Shown here: positions 1 to 13,200 of the stretch, in pieces
Layout: the number at the start of each line of letters is the position of its first letter
Position numbering within the stretch: the first letter of the stretch is position 1
Assembly (NCBI GenBank): GCA_039621445.1
Contig: CP154954.1
Coordinates: 39,579,816-39,643,815, forward strand
Length of the DNA: 64,000 bases
Origin: Euglena gracilis
Taxonomy: Eukaryota
Reading direction: 5' to 3'
The notes under the pieces: generated by a model
Database searches by the model: none
Told to the model about the DNA's origin: nothing
The model's input: only the letters and a program-made list of their open reading frames with translations
Made by a program: the position numbers and the translations under genes

Positions 1-149
1 CGGCGTCCGTGGGGGGGGGGGGAGGCGGCGGTTCTGTCGTGAACCGAGCATCCCAAACGCCGGTTTAATAGTGAAATCACTTGAGGCCTAAAAATAAAGC
101 CCTAGGGATTATATATGTGCATCGATATAGGTATAGATATATAGATACA

Positions 150-323
150 CCATGCCTCCCATATTGTACCCCCCTGGGAGCCATTTTCTGGGGGGTATAT
201 ATATATATATATTTTTTGGGGGGCCAAGGTCATGGTCCATGGTCACTCCGATCGAAACCATACACAGTCAATCCAATGGGGGGGTACATTATGGGGGGGG
301 TACAATATGGGGGGGGGGCATGG
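150..323. mobile_element. small MITE with CCATGCC...GGCATGG termini (Tc1/mariner-like)
   Basis: Inverted ends ccatgcctcccatattgtacccc / ggggtacaatatggggggggggcatgg. TA on the right flank, inside an AT microsatellite. Confidence 0.6.
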
Positions 324-406
324 TAAATAGAAATGTAGATATAGATATAGATATGGATATGGATGTAGACATAGACATAGACATAGATGTATATATAGTA
401 GTACTA

Positions 407-570
407 CCGTGCCCCCCCCCCCCCGAGTTAGTCACCCCCTTGGGAGGGGAATTTGGCCAAGGGTGACTAACAGGGGGGGGGTGCTAACTCGGGGGGGGGG
501 TCAATTTATGCCCAAATTTTGCCCCCTGCCCCAATTCTTGAGGGGGGGTGACTAACTGGGGGGGGCATGG
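407..570. mobile_element. small MITE, TA-flanked, CCRTGCCCC termini
   Basis: TA|ccgtgccccc..agttagtcacccc ... ggggtgactaactggggggggcatgg|TA. Confidence 0.65.
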
Positions 571-589
571 TAATAGGTGTAAATACAGA

Positions 590-1058
590 TGTAGATTAGA
601 TATTGATGTAGATTTCGATATAGATATAGATATTGATATAGATATAGATTTAGATATAGATATAGATATAGACATAGATATATAGAGATACAGATATAGA
701 TATAGATATAGATATAGATATGGATATAGATATAGACATAGACATAGACATAGACGTAGATATAGAGATATAGAGATATAGATATAGACATAGACATAGA
801 CATAGATATAGATATAGGCATAGATATAGATATAGATATGGATATAGACATAGACAAAGACATAGATATAGACATAGGTATAGATATAGATATAGATATA
901 GATATAGATATAGATATAGATATAGATATAGATATAGATATAGATATAGATGTAGACATAGATATAGATGTAGATATAGATATAGATATAGATAGAAAGA
1001 TAGATAGATGGATGGATGGATAGATAGACAGATAGATAGATGGATGGATGGATGGATG

Positions 1059-1127
<69 letters not shown>

Positions 1128-1128
1128 G
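590..1128. repeat. compound microsatellite (TAGATA/TAGACA)n grading into (GATG)/(GATA)n
   Basis: Directly visible. A smaller patch lies at 334-396. Confidence 0.97.
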
Positions 1129-1146
1129 TAAAAATAATATATGCAG

Positions 1147-1898
1147 ATGGCAGGTGAGAACTATAAACCCCCCCGGCAGGCCCTAAAGTTCACCCCACAA
1201 TGACCACCTGGGTACCCTGGGGTTAGTGAAGGGGGTGGGATTGGGGTGAGGACCGGCCGGCCGGATTTCGCCTGCGCGCACTGCGACGGGCGCATCCCCT
1301 GCCGGCGTGGGCGGCACTCACTGCTGACCCCAACTAACGTGACCCTCCCCCCCTATTTGGCCGCCCTCCGGGCGGCCCGGACCCCCCTTCTGGCCAATTA
1401 GGGGGGGGACAAATAGGGAGGGGTTACCCCTAACCCCCCCCCTAATTGGCCACCTGGGCCCCGTCCTTCATAGTCGCGAACCCCCGAAAAACACCCGAAC
1501 AAAGGCATTTTCCCTTGAAATGAGTACCCCCCCCCCTAATTGGCCACCTGGGCTCTGGCCAATTAGGGGGGGGGACAAATAGGGGGGGGGTCACGTTACC
1601 CCTGCACAACAAGTCCCAACACCCGCCCGTTCGGGGTCACCGGAGGAATCCCTTGTGGGGGCTGACCACTCGTCGGCCTTTATCTTTTTCCCCCCCTGCC
1701 TGTCTGCCGCCCTTGGGAATGGCGCGGCATGGGTTCTGAGGGGAGGCGTGTCGCGGTTGCATGCGCAGCCGCGACGCGCATCCCTTACCGAACCCAGGCC
1801 CTGGTCCTCAGCCTAACCCTACGTCCTTCACTAACCACAGGGTACCCAGGTGGCCATCGTGGGGTGAACCCCCTGGGGGTCTTATAGTCACCTGCCAT
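1147..1898. mobile_element. non-autonomous TIR element (~100 bp imperfect TIRs) containing a nested MITE
   Basis: atggcaggtga...gttcaccccac..acctgggtaccctg..gttagtgaagg at 1147-1232 is the imperfect reverse complement of 1825-1898. Confidence 0.65.
1337..1596. mobile_element. TA-flanked MITE nested in 1147-1898
   Basis: TA|acgtgaccc..cctattt ... aaataggggggggg tcacgt|TA, with internal ggccaattaggggg subrepeats. Confidence 0.7.
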
Positions 1899-4800
1899 AT
1901 ATGTACATATATAAAACATAAAGCATATATGTGTATATATATGTATATATGTACATATAATATGTGTGCATATATATATTATATATGCATATGGCAAGAT
2001 TAACTCATTGCCCTCCCGGGGGGGGGGGGGCGGAGGGCCCAGTAGTTGTAACCTACTGGGGGCTTCGGCCGCCCAGGTAAAACTAACCCCCCCCCCCAAA
2101 TAACACCCCCCCCCCGGGGTGTTATTTGGGCACCCGAATTTGGGCCCCAGGGGGGGTGTTATTTTTACATGAAAAAACTAAAGGAAAACAGGGGGGGGTG
2201 TTATTTTGGCGCTCGAAATCGGCCCCCGAGGGGGGGTGTGTTATTTGGGGTGGGGTGCGTTATTTGGGGGGGTGTTGTTTGGGGGGTTTACTGGGACCCC
2301 CCTTGTTTTTCCTGGGGACACCGATCTACCGCCGGGATTTTTCTCGCCGGCGGAGTTATTCCGGGGTTATTTTCAGGATTAGGGTTAGGGTCAGGGTGAG
2401 TGAAGTTTTTTGGGGTCGGATGAACCAGGCCCTCCCCCTGCCCAATTACATTTTTTTCAACTCAAACCTTGGCCTTTTTTCCGTTTCTGGACCGTGTCAA
2501 GCGAAATTTTGGATAATTTTGACAAGAAGGTTGATGAGGAGCAACCAAAATCGTTGGAACCGTGTCTGGGGGCTCCGGGTTCGCGCTTGAACCGGTGTCC
2601 CAGACGCTGGTTCATGCGTGAACCCGGCATCTGGGGGACCCAAAATAAAAAGTGCCAAAAGTGTCCAAAATGGTTGGTAGACATGTGATCATCATATTTG
2701 AGCAGTTTTTTGGGGTTTTTTTTGAACAACAATTTGCTTTTGGCATTTGGCCAGTTTTGGTCTTGGGGAGGAGAGCTTTCCGTTGATATGCAATATGTGA
2801 CCTGAACTGTGGGATTTGACAAATGACTATGTCATACACGATCACTGAAAACAAGAGCTGCGTGCATTATGGCCGAATTCTGTGGCCATCTGTCAAAAGC
2901 CCTTGAGAAGAGCTTTCGACATGGCATCAGCAACATGGCATCAGAAGTGTGGAATCTACCAGTTTCGTCCAGCCCAAAGCTGTCCCAAACATGGGTATTT
3001 GGGGCGAAATTTGGCCGAGAGATTCCTCAGACGCTGGTTCCGACATAAACCCGGAGCCTGGGACACAGTTCTCGCCATAGAAACCGGGTGAAGGGGCCCC
3101 GGCAGAAGTCCCACAACCGTGGCGATTACACAAGGGTTAGGCACAGTGGGGGGGTGGAAGGGGGCGGCGGCCACATGGGGGGGGGGAAGGAGTCCGAGGG
3201 CGAACGCACGCGCTGTGCGCAGCCTAAAATCGGGGATTTCAGTTCCAAAAAAAGTGTCATTTTTTGGCCATTTTTGGCTATTTTTAATCAAAAAATGCTT
3301 TTTTGGGCTGTGCACGGAACGTGTAGCCCCCAAGTTTGCCATTTTATGTCCGAAGCCATTCTTGGCCATTTTTGGGCCTCAGAAATGTCGCGATTTTTTT
3401 CGCGAGTTTTTTCCCGTTAAAGTCAAAGTTGGGGGGTTGAGTTTTCAAGTTAGGGGGGGTTGGGGGGGGGGCGTGAGGGGGGGGTCCCGGACCTGGCCAA
3501 AATGCACGTTTAGTAGCAATTAGGCTGGCTTTGCCGGACAAAAAAAAGCTTCATTTCTTCGGGGGGCCCACAGCCCAGTTGGGAGTTGTTGGTTGACCCC
3601 TGGCGGTCGACCTAAGAATTTCCTTGGTCCCCCCTAATTAGCAAACGGGGGGTTTGAAGGAACCCGGGCACATGCCAAATTGGGGGGGGGGTGAAGGCAG
3701 TTTTTGGAGGGTTTTTTTTGAAAGAAACATTTTTTATTTATTTTTGAAAAGAAACGGCAAAGAAACATCAAGAAAACAAAGGAAAAAAACAACACACCAA
3801 ATTTCGTTTGATCACAAGGGTGAACTGAAATGAGTCAAATTTCTTCAAAAACACAGAATTTTTGTTCAAATTCGGAAGTAATGTGCAAAGTCGATATCAA
3901 AAACTGGGTCCCGTACCCCGGTTCGGGCGCCCGAACCGGGGTATAGACCTAGTTGTTGAGGCCCCGGATTCACGTCCGAACTGGCATTTTAAACACACGG
4001 GTTGGTCTTCAACTACTTGACCCTCAAAATGCATGCCGGCCAAGAAACTCATGTTTTTATCACAGGTCCGCGACCTGCCTGATGGTGCAGGCAATTTTCA
4101 TTGCGAAACTGTTTGGGGGTGGCAGGGATGACCAATTGACCGCCAAAGCGGGGACCAAGCAATTAACCGTGATCAACTGGGGGTCCCGGATTGATGAGCT
4201 AAACTTTTCAAGGAAAACCCACGTCATTGATGAACAGCATTTCCTCATCGGAGAAGCCTTGGGTCGTGATGTCAAAATGCCAAGGGGGGTGTCTGAGACG
4301 TGGGGGGGGAACAGTAGACATTAGGAACTCGCTGTGTGAAAATTTTGGCCAAAATTAGGATCCAAGCACACAAGTTAGGAATTGCTCAACATGAATGCAG
4401 AATCACACATACACACACACACCAAACAAGGAATCACCTGCCTCAAATTTCAGAAAAATCAGGAATCACCACCAAAATTTGGCTGTCTTGGCAATCAATA
4501 ACCAAACGTCGATTAATTGCGATTAATCGACCCCCCCCCCCCCCGTGCAAAAAGAGCGACTAGTAGGGGGGTCACAAATGATTAACCATACTTTGAACAA
4601 CCTTGGGGATGGGGGTCTAGGGAGGTGGATTGAACCCAGCTGCCGGGCTGGACCCAGCAAGGACCCAAAAACGGGAAAAACAGCCCAAATCCTGCTGGGA
4701 CATTTTTCAACTAAAATTTTGAGGCACAAACATAGAAAAGCCCAAAATGGCCATTTTTAGCGACTTTGACCACTTTTTAAACTTTTTGTGCTGATTTCTT

Positions 4801-4919
4801 GGGCCCATTTTGCAATTAAGGGCACACATCAACCACAATCACAGTCAGGACACACCCGCAAACCATGGCGGGGGGCGCTATCAATCTACCAACCTCTAGG
4901 CCAGCCAAAAATTGGGCTG

Positions 4920-5090
4920 GTGTGGGGGGTTGGGGCAGAGATTCATACGTGTCATGGACCCAGTGTCCCAGGCCTTACAGCTGTTTCAAAGTGCGGAGTG
5001 CAACCTGGGGTTGAGTGTGGGGGTCTGGCTGGAACTCCGTGACAGACCCTCGCGGACGTGGGCCAGTCAGTACGTGAAGTACCCCCCGAC
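4920..5090 (+). pseudogene. possible hAT transposase fragment
   Basis: Translates as RVMDPVSQALQLFQSAECNLGLSVGVWLEL, resembling the hAT 'P...A...Q...L.....W..L' segment. Short and has no catalytic residue. Confidence 0.3.
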
Positions 5091-5588
5091 AGAGTTTTTG
5101 GAAGAAGACGGGGGGGGGGGGTCCAGGTAGGACCTTTTTCCCAGTTGGTTCCCAATTTCGGTTCAAATCCAAATTTCAGGTGTGGGTATTCCTAATTTAT
5201 GGAAAAAAATTCCATATTTGGGTTCGGTGAATTTGGCAACCGAAAATGTTGTGTTCCCCCCCGTGAGCCCCCTATGCATGCGACGCGCCTTCGGCACCTT
5301 CCGCAGATTCATTGCAAGGAATGATGTATTGAGATTGAGCAATTACCATTCTTTGGATGGAACCTGATTTTGAAACAATTGAATACTTGGAAGACGATGA
5401 CGAAGTGTTATGAAGGTGATGTCTCTCACGAGGTCAAGAATGACAATGTTGAGTGCTTTTAAACCGGCGTTTGGTCCGCCGGGTTCATGACAGAACCGGC
5501 GTCCCCCCCACTGGTTTTCGGACGCTGGTTCTGTCCATGACCCGGCGTCGCTAACGCCAGTTCTGTCATCACAAAAAAACCATTATTA

Positions 5589-6368
5589 CAGTAGGGAAAC
5601 TAAATAGTGGACACCTGAAAATTTTGTGGATCATACCCAACCCCCAGCCCCAAAGCCTCTGCCAGCCCATGGGATGTGGTGATGGTGTGTGCACACTGGC
5701 ATGGCCCTGCCCCACGCAGCAGTGCCCCAGCCAGCTCTGCTGCACCACACTGCGCCAAATTCAGGCCAATCCCATGCGAGCAGGTTTTTTCCATTTCCTG
5801 GCCCTTTTTGGGCTGCGAAGATAACCCAGCCTCAGGTAAGGGGACGAGGCGGTTCACACTGCAGTGAGTGGCATTGGACCCCTACTTTGAACAATGCAAG
5901 TTAACAACCCCTGTCAACGTGGGCTGGTGGGGCGATGGCCTGGACATGTCGACTAATTTGGGCAAAAAAATGGCCAAAAACGGTGATTTTTGCCCAAATT
6001 GGTCGACATGTCGAGGCCATCGCCCCACCAGCCCACGTTGACAGGGGTTGTTAACTTGTATTGTTCAAAGTAGGGGTCCAATGCCACTCACTGCAGTGTG
6101 AACCGCCTCGTCCGCTTACCTGAGGCTGGGTTATCTTCGCAGCCCAAAAAGGGCCAGGAAATGGAAAAAAACCTGCTCGCATGGGATTGGCCTGAATTTG
6201 GCGCAGTGTGGTTCAGCAGAGCTGGCTGGGGCACTGCTGCGTGGGGCAGGGCCATGCCAGTGTGCACACACCATCACCACACCCCATGGGCTGGCAGAGG
6301 CTTTGGGGCTGGGGGTTGGGTGTTACCCACAAAATTTTCAGGTGTCCCACTATTTAGTTTCCCTACTG
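5589..6368. mobile_element. 780-bp fold-back MITE, Tc1/mariner-like (TA|CAGT...ACTG|TA)
   Basis: Near-perfect ~380 bp arms (5589-5968 and 5987-6368) around a ~18 nt loop, flanked by TA on both sides. Confidence 0.85.
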
Positions 6369-7414
6369 TAAAAGTGCCCCAAAATGGCCAAAATTGGGTA
6401 TAGAGGCCCTGATTTGACTGTTGAAGCCATGTCCCCTACTTATAAACCCCCAGGGTTTATAGGATCCGGTTTGGTTGGTCGGTCGAAGGGGGGGTTATAG
6501 GTCCTGGAATTGTTGGTGAAAATCCGACCCCCCCCAAAATGACTCCGAAACCGCCCGAAATCGGCATTTTTTTTTGGCAAATTTGGTCAAAAATGGCATT
6601 TTTGGTGATGGTCGGTCTCAAAAAGCTGCCAAAAAATCAGTTTTTGGGTGGTTTGTGGCCGAAAAAATCGTCTCCGGCGGTTTGCATTTTTCTTCCCCAT
6701 GGGGGGTTATAGGTCCCAGTTTGGTTGGCCGGCCCAAGGGGGGGTTTATAGGGGGGGGGGTTGGTTTACTGCATTGTAATTTGCATTGTAATTTGGGGAC
6801 CACTGGGGTGGGTATCCAATTTTGGTGAAAATTGGTGCTGTTTTGCAATTAGAGTACCGTAACCATCGCTGGCCGTCTGTTGAAAAGATTGAAAAGAGCT
6901 TTCAATTGAGGTGTAAATTGGTACCCCAACTTTGCACACATCCAGAGATACGCTTGCGATCGTCGTATCGGCCAGAATCAGAGTTGAAATTTGTGGTGAT
7001 TTTTGGTCCTCCCTGCAGAAGTGAATTTTCTGTTTAAGTTGATGACCTGAGGGTTCTGGCGAGTATAAAAATTATTAAATTCGGATTTCCCTGGGACAGG
7101 AAATCAGAGTACTGTGCAGTGTGGCCGAATTTAGTGGTCATCACTGGTCGTCTGATGACAAGAGCTTTTACAGCCGGTTGCGAAATGAATGCGTATCCGA
7201 GATCAAAATAATTGCCACGTTTCTCAACTCTAACCGGTCAATTTTCTCTGAATAACTGCCAATTTTCTCCAAATAACTGCCATTTTTCTCAAAAACAATT
7301 GCCTATTGTGTGAAAATAAATGCCAATTTTCTCATAAAAAATGCCACATGACATTGTGTTTGCAAGGCAAGTTTCTGTTTCACAAGTGTCTCCTTTCTCC
7401 GCAGATGTCAAATA

Positions 7415-8134
7415 ACATGCCCCCCCCCCCCCCGAGCTAACCCCCCCTGGGCTATTCCCAGGGACGGGAATAGCTCAATTCATACATCCCCCCCCCCTGT
7501 CCTTGACACGCCTTGTCCATGACACACCCCCCGTGTCAACCGCACTTTTCCCGTACCTAAAAAGAGTAAAGTATTTTTGACACACTTCACGTCTCTGGAG
7601 CTAATTGGTTGCCATTTTCTGCACGCTTTGAACTCATCTTCTTTTGAGTTTGGTGATTTAGTGAGATGTGAGCACTCCAATGGAGTTATTGTTGATGCTA
7701 TGGTGATTGGGCCCTCAAACCGAGGTCCAGATTACTTGGCCATCATTTGCTGCATGTTTCGTGGTACGGTTCCCATGACACGGCGTGTCCATGACACACC
7801 CCCCGTGTCAACCGCACTTTCCCCGTACTTTGGCGTGTCAAGGACAAGGGGGGGGAATGTAGCACTTTTTATGAAGAAGCTTCCGAAAAAGGGTTCAAAA
7901 ATTGACGTTTTTGGACGTTTTCACAAATTCCTTTTGGCAAATGTGCTGGAAATCGACCATTTTTGTGAACATCCAAAAAAGTTGCTAAAATGATCCTTTT
8001 TGACTGTCCAAGGTTTGGGAATGGGAACACCTTGGGGGGCGCAGGTCCCCAGGTGTCCCCCCCCCCCCAATGTTCCCATATTGGGCCATAAAGGGTCCGG
8101 GGGACCAGAATGGCTCGGGGGGGGGGGGGCATGG
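7415..8134. mobile_element. TA-flanked (C)CATGCCCC element with nested TA-flanked MITE at 7485-7859
   Basis: Outer ends acatgccccc..cgagc / gctcggggg..gcatgg|TA. Inner TA|catccccc..tgtccttgacacgcc ... ggcgtgtcaaggacaaggggggggaatg|TA. Duplicated at ~14212-14932. Confidence 0.75.
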
Positions 8135-8299
8135 TAATGCTCGTCATGGGTTCAATGTGTTGGCCAGGGATTTGCTTACTCTTGTGACGGGGCTGTCAGG
8201 TGACTCTCTTTGACTGGGGGTGGTGCGGGTCATGGGGGGGTGTCACGGGAGGGGTCACAAGGTCATGGGGGAACACCACATTATCGGCGGCCGAATTAG

Positions 8300-8740
8300 G
8301 AATCACCAAACCCAAAATTTTGGAAGAATTTTCCATAAATTCGGATGAATTGAATGAATTGAATTGCGCTGTTCCAATTTGGAAAAGCAAGTTGAATTTA
8401 TGGCTGGCACAGCAGAAACGATCCAGGTCGTGAACGTTGCCAATGCATCTGCGACTAGCGTTGCTGCTGCACTCCCTCCACTTTGATAGATTCCCTCTGA
8501 TCTTTCTTTGGTGGGACCTCAAGTATCATTGTGAATTTTTCTGCAGCGAGCAGGTGTTCCCTCCAACCGGGATGGTGCGCTTCTTTCTCGGGTCTGGCAT
8601 TTTATTGTGAGACAAGTGGCATTTAGGTTTGAGAAAATTGTGGCCGGGTTTTGAGTCAATGGAAATAATTTTGAGACGGGTGGCCATTCTTTTTGTGATC
8701 GATCGCAGTGTACAATGAGACAGGCGGCAGTTCATCATGA
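8300..8740 (-). pseudogene. hAT transposase remnant (duplicated at ~15100-15540)
   Basis: Minus frame contains SSNASRR...LDRFCCASHKFNL, matching the hAT CxxH-x-LNL motif. Broken by stops and frameshifts. Confidence 0.5.
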
Positions 8741-9122
8741 GACAGTGAGCCGTTATTTTTGCAACTGGCTGTAATTGAAGGGTGAATTTGCACCTGAACG
8801 ATTGACACAGCCGGAGATGCGCTCGCGATCGTCAGATTTTGGCGAAAGCCAAATTTAAAAAAAAATCCAAAGTGGCTCAGCATTGCAGATCAATGGTCAG
8901 AGTTTGGTCCTGGGAGTGCCTTTTGACCGAAGGTTGGGAACGCTGGTTCTGTCGTGAATTTGGTGGCCCAAAACGCCGCCTTAAGAAAGGGGAGGACGCC
9001 GGTTTTGTAGTGAATCTTGCATCCCAGACGCCGGTTCTGTCTTTCGGACAGAACCGGCGTCTGGGACGCTGGGTTAACAGAAACGGCCCCCCCCTTTCTG
9101 ATATAGATTCAGCAAGGGAAAG

Positions 9123-9875
9123 CAGGGGATTTCTCAAGCCAGAGGGGACCCCATCCATACATGGAGGGGGTCCATACACGGACATAGGACATCCATACAC
9201 GGGGGGGGGGGGCGGCTGCAGCCAGCCCCGATTTGGGCCCAGCCCAGCCGCAGCACCACCCCCCCCGGGGGGGGGGGGTGCTGCTAGCCCAGCTAGCCAG
9301 CCCCTTTTTGGGGGGTCCAGCCCAAAATTTTTCGGCGCGAAGCGCCGAAATTTTTTGAAAAACTGTGTGGAAAAGTGGCCAAAAATGGGGTTTGGGGGAA
9401 AATGGGGTTTGGGGGGCGTTTGGGGCATTTTTGGGGGGTTTCAGATGCATCATTTTTTCAAAACTGTGTTTTGCAGGTCATTTTTGGGCATTTTTCCGAT
9501 TTCAGTCCAGCTCGCCCTGGTTCGGGTCCAGCCGGGGGCCAGCCCCCCCCCCCCCCCGGGGGGGGGCGGGGTAGCTAGCCCAAATTTCTAGCTAGCCCAA
9601 ATTTCTAGCCCTAGCCCAGCAACCCCCCCCCCGGGGTCCTTAAAGAGATGTATGACCCCATCTCCAGGGGGGGGGGTCCAGCCAGCCAGCAACTCAAAAC
9701 CAGCCAGCAGTCCAAATCGGGGCTGGGAGTCCCCCCCCCCCCAGGGTCGAGTGAAATAACGTTGGGTCCAGCCCGTCCTGAGGCCAGGCCAGCCAACTGG
9801 GCTGCCCGGCTCACCTATCCCTGCATTTTTTCCCCTCATCACAGCTTCCTCGCCCCCAATTTCTGGCACATACAC

Positions 9876-9909
<34 letters not shown>

Positions 9910-10201
9910 TGCGGTGCTCTCGTCCCATCCATAGACTAGGTGTGAGTCAGTAAGTGGGCTGTTCCTCCAGTTCCGATCCAGCCTGCATCTAGCTCCATCC
10001 ATCAAATGTCGAGAAGGCAAAAATGTTTAGAAAATTTTGTTTTTCATCAGCCCAGCCCAGCACAGCCGCCTCCAGCCCCGGATTCCCCCCCCCCCCCCAT
10101 CCCCTTGGGGGGTCCAGCCAGCAGCTCGTTTCCAGCCAGCAGCCTTTTTTTCCAGCCGGAGGCTGGACCCCCCCCCCCAAGGGTCCTTAAGAAATCCCCT
10201 G
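9123..10201. mobile_element. hAT-like non-autonomous element
   Basis: TIR caggggatttct(c/t)aag. 8-bp TSD agggaaag/acggaaag (7/8 match). Internal (TG)n tract. A related end occurs at 24167. Confidence 0.75.
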
Positions 10202-13200
10202 ACGGAAAGCATGAGGTTTGCCGAAAATTGAAAATCACCTTTGACAGTAAATTTTGCTTTAAACGATTTTTTTGAACCTATTTTTTTGCCAACCAACGGG
10301 AACCAAACTGTTGTAAAATGTGACACAAAGCTTTTGAAGTAGCCCTCGGTGGGGGACAATTGGAACAGGACAACCCTGTGTTGGGGGATGCAAATGGAAA
10401 ACGGCAATCGGTGAACTGGATAAAATATTGGATCATTTTTCAAGTGTGAGATTGAAGCAAGCGTTCCAGGAAAAGAACAGAAACGATGCATTTTAATCAG
10501 AGAACCGGGAATGTGATCCACCATCTGAGAAGGTGTGGGTGGCTGACCCCAAACATTGGGGTGGGGCACTAGAAAGTCGATCGAAGGGTGTGGTCAAAGG
10601 GGGGGGGGTTAGCTCTAACCCAGGGATAAGAGCTCAGCGACCTCCCTAATTCTCCCCCAATTGCGATTAGGGGGCAATTGGACAACCCCGCGAGGCTGTA
10701 GGGGTGTCGCTAAAGTCAGGGTCTGTGCCACCAGGTTCATGACAGAACGCCGGCTCTGTTGTGAACCCGGCGGCCGCCACCACACAAAGGCGAGGATGGT
10801 AACGTGCCCCCCCCCTCTATTTGGCCCCCCCTTCTGGCCAATTTGGGTGGGGGACAATTAGGGGGATGCCCCCCCAACCCAGCGTCACCCCGATGAAATT
10901 CCCCATTGGGCAGCCAAAATTCCTGAAATTGAGGGGGGGAATACACAGTGGTTTTTTGGGTCGCTTGCAGATTTTGGCCTCTGTAAAGAGGATTGTTTTT
11001 TAAATTGAAAAACATGCCACAGAAAGCATGAGAAAGTGAATACAAAGTTCAAAAATGGATGGTGTTGCTGGATTCCTCACAGAAACCACCAATGTCAGCA
11101 CAGCCGCTTGTCATCGAAACCAGTGTCCAGAACAACAGTTCGAGTGTGATACCAGCATGTAAGGGTCTCAACTGAAAAGAGTAAAAAAAAAAAAGTGACC
11201 AAAATGGTCATAGAATGGTTATCGTATCTTTTGCATGGTCACAGGATGTGGTTATCGTATCTTTTGCAATTTTGGGGGTGTTTTGGCCTGCAATTATGGC
11301 TCTGGCTTCACGGTCCGAACTGGCATTCAAGGAATCACGGCCAATTTCGCCCCAAATACCCATTTTTTGCACATATTTTACATCGAGAACCGCCGTCTGG
11401 GGCACAGTCTTTGAAACTGTTGCCAGGGGGCTCCGGCTTCACGCCCGAACCGGCGTCTGAGGAATCACGGCCAATGGCCCCAAATGTCCATGTTTGGGAC
11501 ACGTTTGGGCGATTTTGGTCCGAATCAGTCACCGATCGAAATTGGTGAATTTCACAAGCAGGATGTCATGTTACCGATCAATCGAAAGCTCTTCTCAAGG
11601 GCAGATGGTCACAGATTTCAGCCAAAAGCACAGAGCTCTTAGTTTCAGCGATTGCATGTTCCAAAACTTGACATATTTATCTGCCAAATCCCACAGTTTT
11701 TTAGGTGCTGTATTGGTTCCGGTGCTATATTGCATGTCAATTGAAAGCTGTCCAGAAGGTTTTCCACTTGATACCAAAATCTGCAGACATAACATAATTT
11801 TGTCAGATTTTTTCTTCGGTATCATGTGGGGCTGTTTGGGCAATTTTGGCGGCACTTTGATTGAAGACAATTTTTGGCGGTGGCCAACAATGTCCCAAAG
11901 TGCGCCTGTGCACAATATTTCATCAGGTATTTTCGGAAATTTTGGTATTTTTTTTGGGCAGAAACTGCGTAACATTTTTATTGCAGCAAGGGGGATCCTG
12001 CATGGCGCGGGTAAATTGAAGCGGTGAAGGGTCGGCGGGGGGGGGGGTCTGGGGAATGCAGCGACAAAGTTGAGAGATAAATCATTTCACCGCCCAAAGG
12101 GTGCTGAGGCGGTATCCACTTTTCAAGTTTCAAATGAAATGGTCCAAAGCTGAACTCTTACCAATTTGTATACCATTTTTTGAAATTTTGCAGGCAGAAC
12201 ACGCCAGAAACAGCATTACACAAGAAATTTCTTTCCATTGCTCTCGAAATGGAGACAAATGCATCATGAACCTTTTTTTGATTGAAAAAAAGTGTAAATG
12301 GGCTGAAAATAAATTGAAACGGTGTCTAGTTCACGCCTGAACCAGTGCGTGGAGGACCCAAAATATAAAGTGCCAAAAAGTGTCCAAAATGCTTTGAAGA
12401 CATGTAGTAAACATGTCTGAGCAGTGTTTGGGGTCTTCGACCAGAAATTAGGTTTGTTTGTGCAATAATTCCCTTGTGCAAATTTTGGGAATTTCTGTAA
12501 CAAGAATGCCATGCAAAATGGCTGAAATATGAACTTATGTGCTGAAACCCCTTGAGAAGTGCTTTCGATCGAGGGGCAACTTGGCAGGTGAAAAGTTGAA
12601 TTTGGAATTTGCGAACAGGGTCGAAACATATGCGGTCTGCCATTTTCAGAGCGCTGTGAAGTGTGGCTGAGTTCTGTTGGTATTAAGAGAAAGGTCTTGT
12701 GGAGAGATTTCAATTGACATGCAATATAGCACCGGAACCAATACAGCACCTAAAATTGGGCAAAAATCACCGTTTTTGGCCATTTTTTTTGCCCAAATTA
12801 GTCGACATGTCGAGGCCATCGCCCCACCAGCCCACGTTGACAGGGGTTGTTAACTTGTATTGTTCAAAGTAGGGGTCCAATGCCACTCACTGCAGTGTGA
12901 ACCGCCTCGTCCCCTTACCTGAGGCTGGGTTATCTTCGCAGCCCAAAAAGGGCCAGGAAGTGGAAAAAAACCTGCTCGCATGGGATTGGCCTGAATTTGG
13001 CGCAGTGTGGTGCAGCAGAGCTGGCTGGAGCACTGCTGCGTGGGGCAGGGCCATGCCAGTGTGCACACACCATCACCACATCCCATGGGCTGGCAGAGGC
13101 TTTGGGGCTGGGGGTTGGGTGTTACCCACAAAATTTTCAGGTGTCCCACTATTTAGTTTCCCTACTGTAAAAGTGCCCCAAAATGGCCAAAATTGGGTAT

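Larger units (their letters stand above)
5957..12754 (+). repeat. copy 1 of ~6.8 kb tandem segmental duplication
   Basis: Near-identical to 12755-21554 (offset ~6800 before the insertion, ~8800 after). Differences are mostly homopolymer lengths. Confidence 0.95.

Noticed and set aside
484-1023. ORFs of poly(IS)/(DI)
   Set aside because: Translations of the microsatellite.
2378-2398. Telomere-like ttagggttagggtcaggg (also ~38309-38322)
   Set aside because: Only 2-3 imperfect units, embedded in MITE-like DNA.
5589-6368. Hairpin telomere of a linear virus or plasmid
   Set aside because: TA duplication and CAGT termini fit a Tc1/mariner-type MITE, and there are no viral genes nearby.
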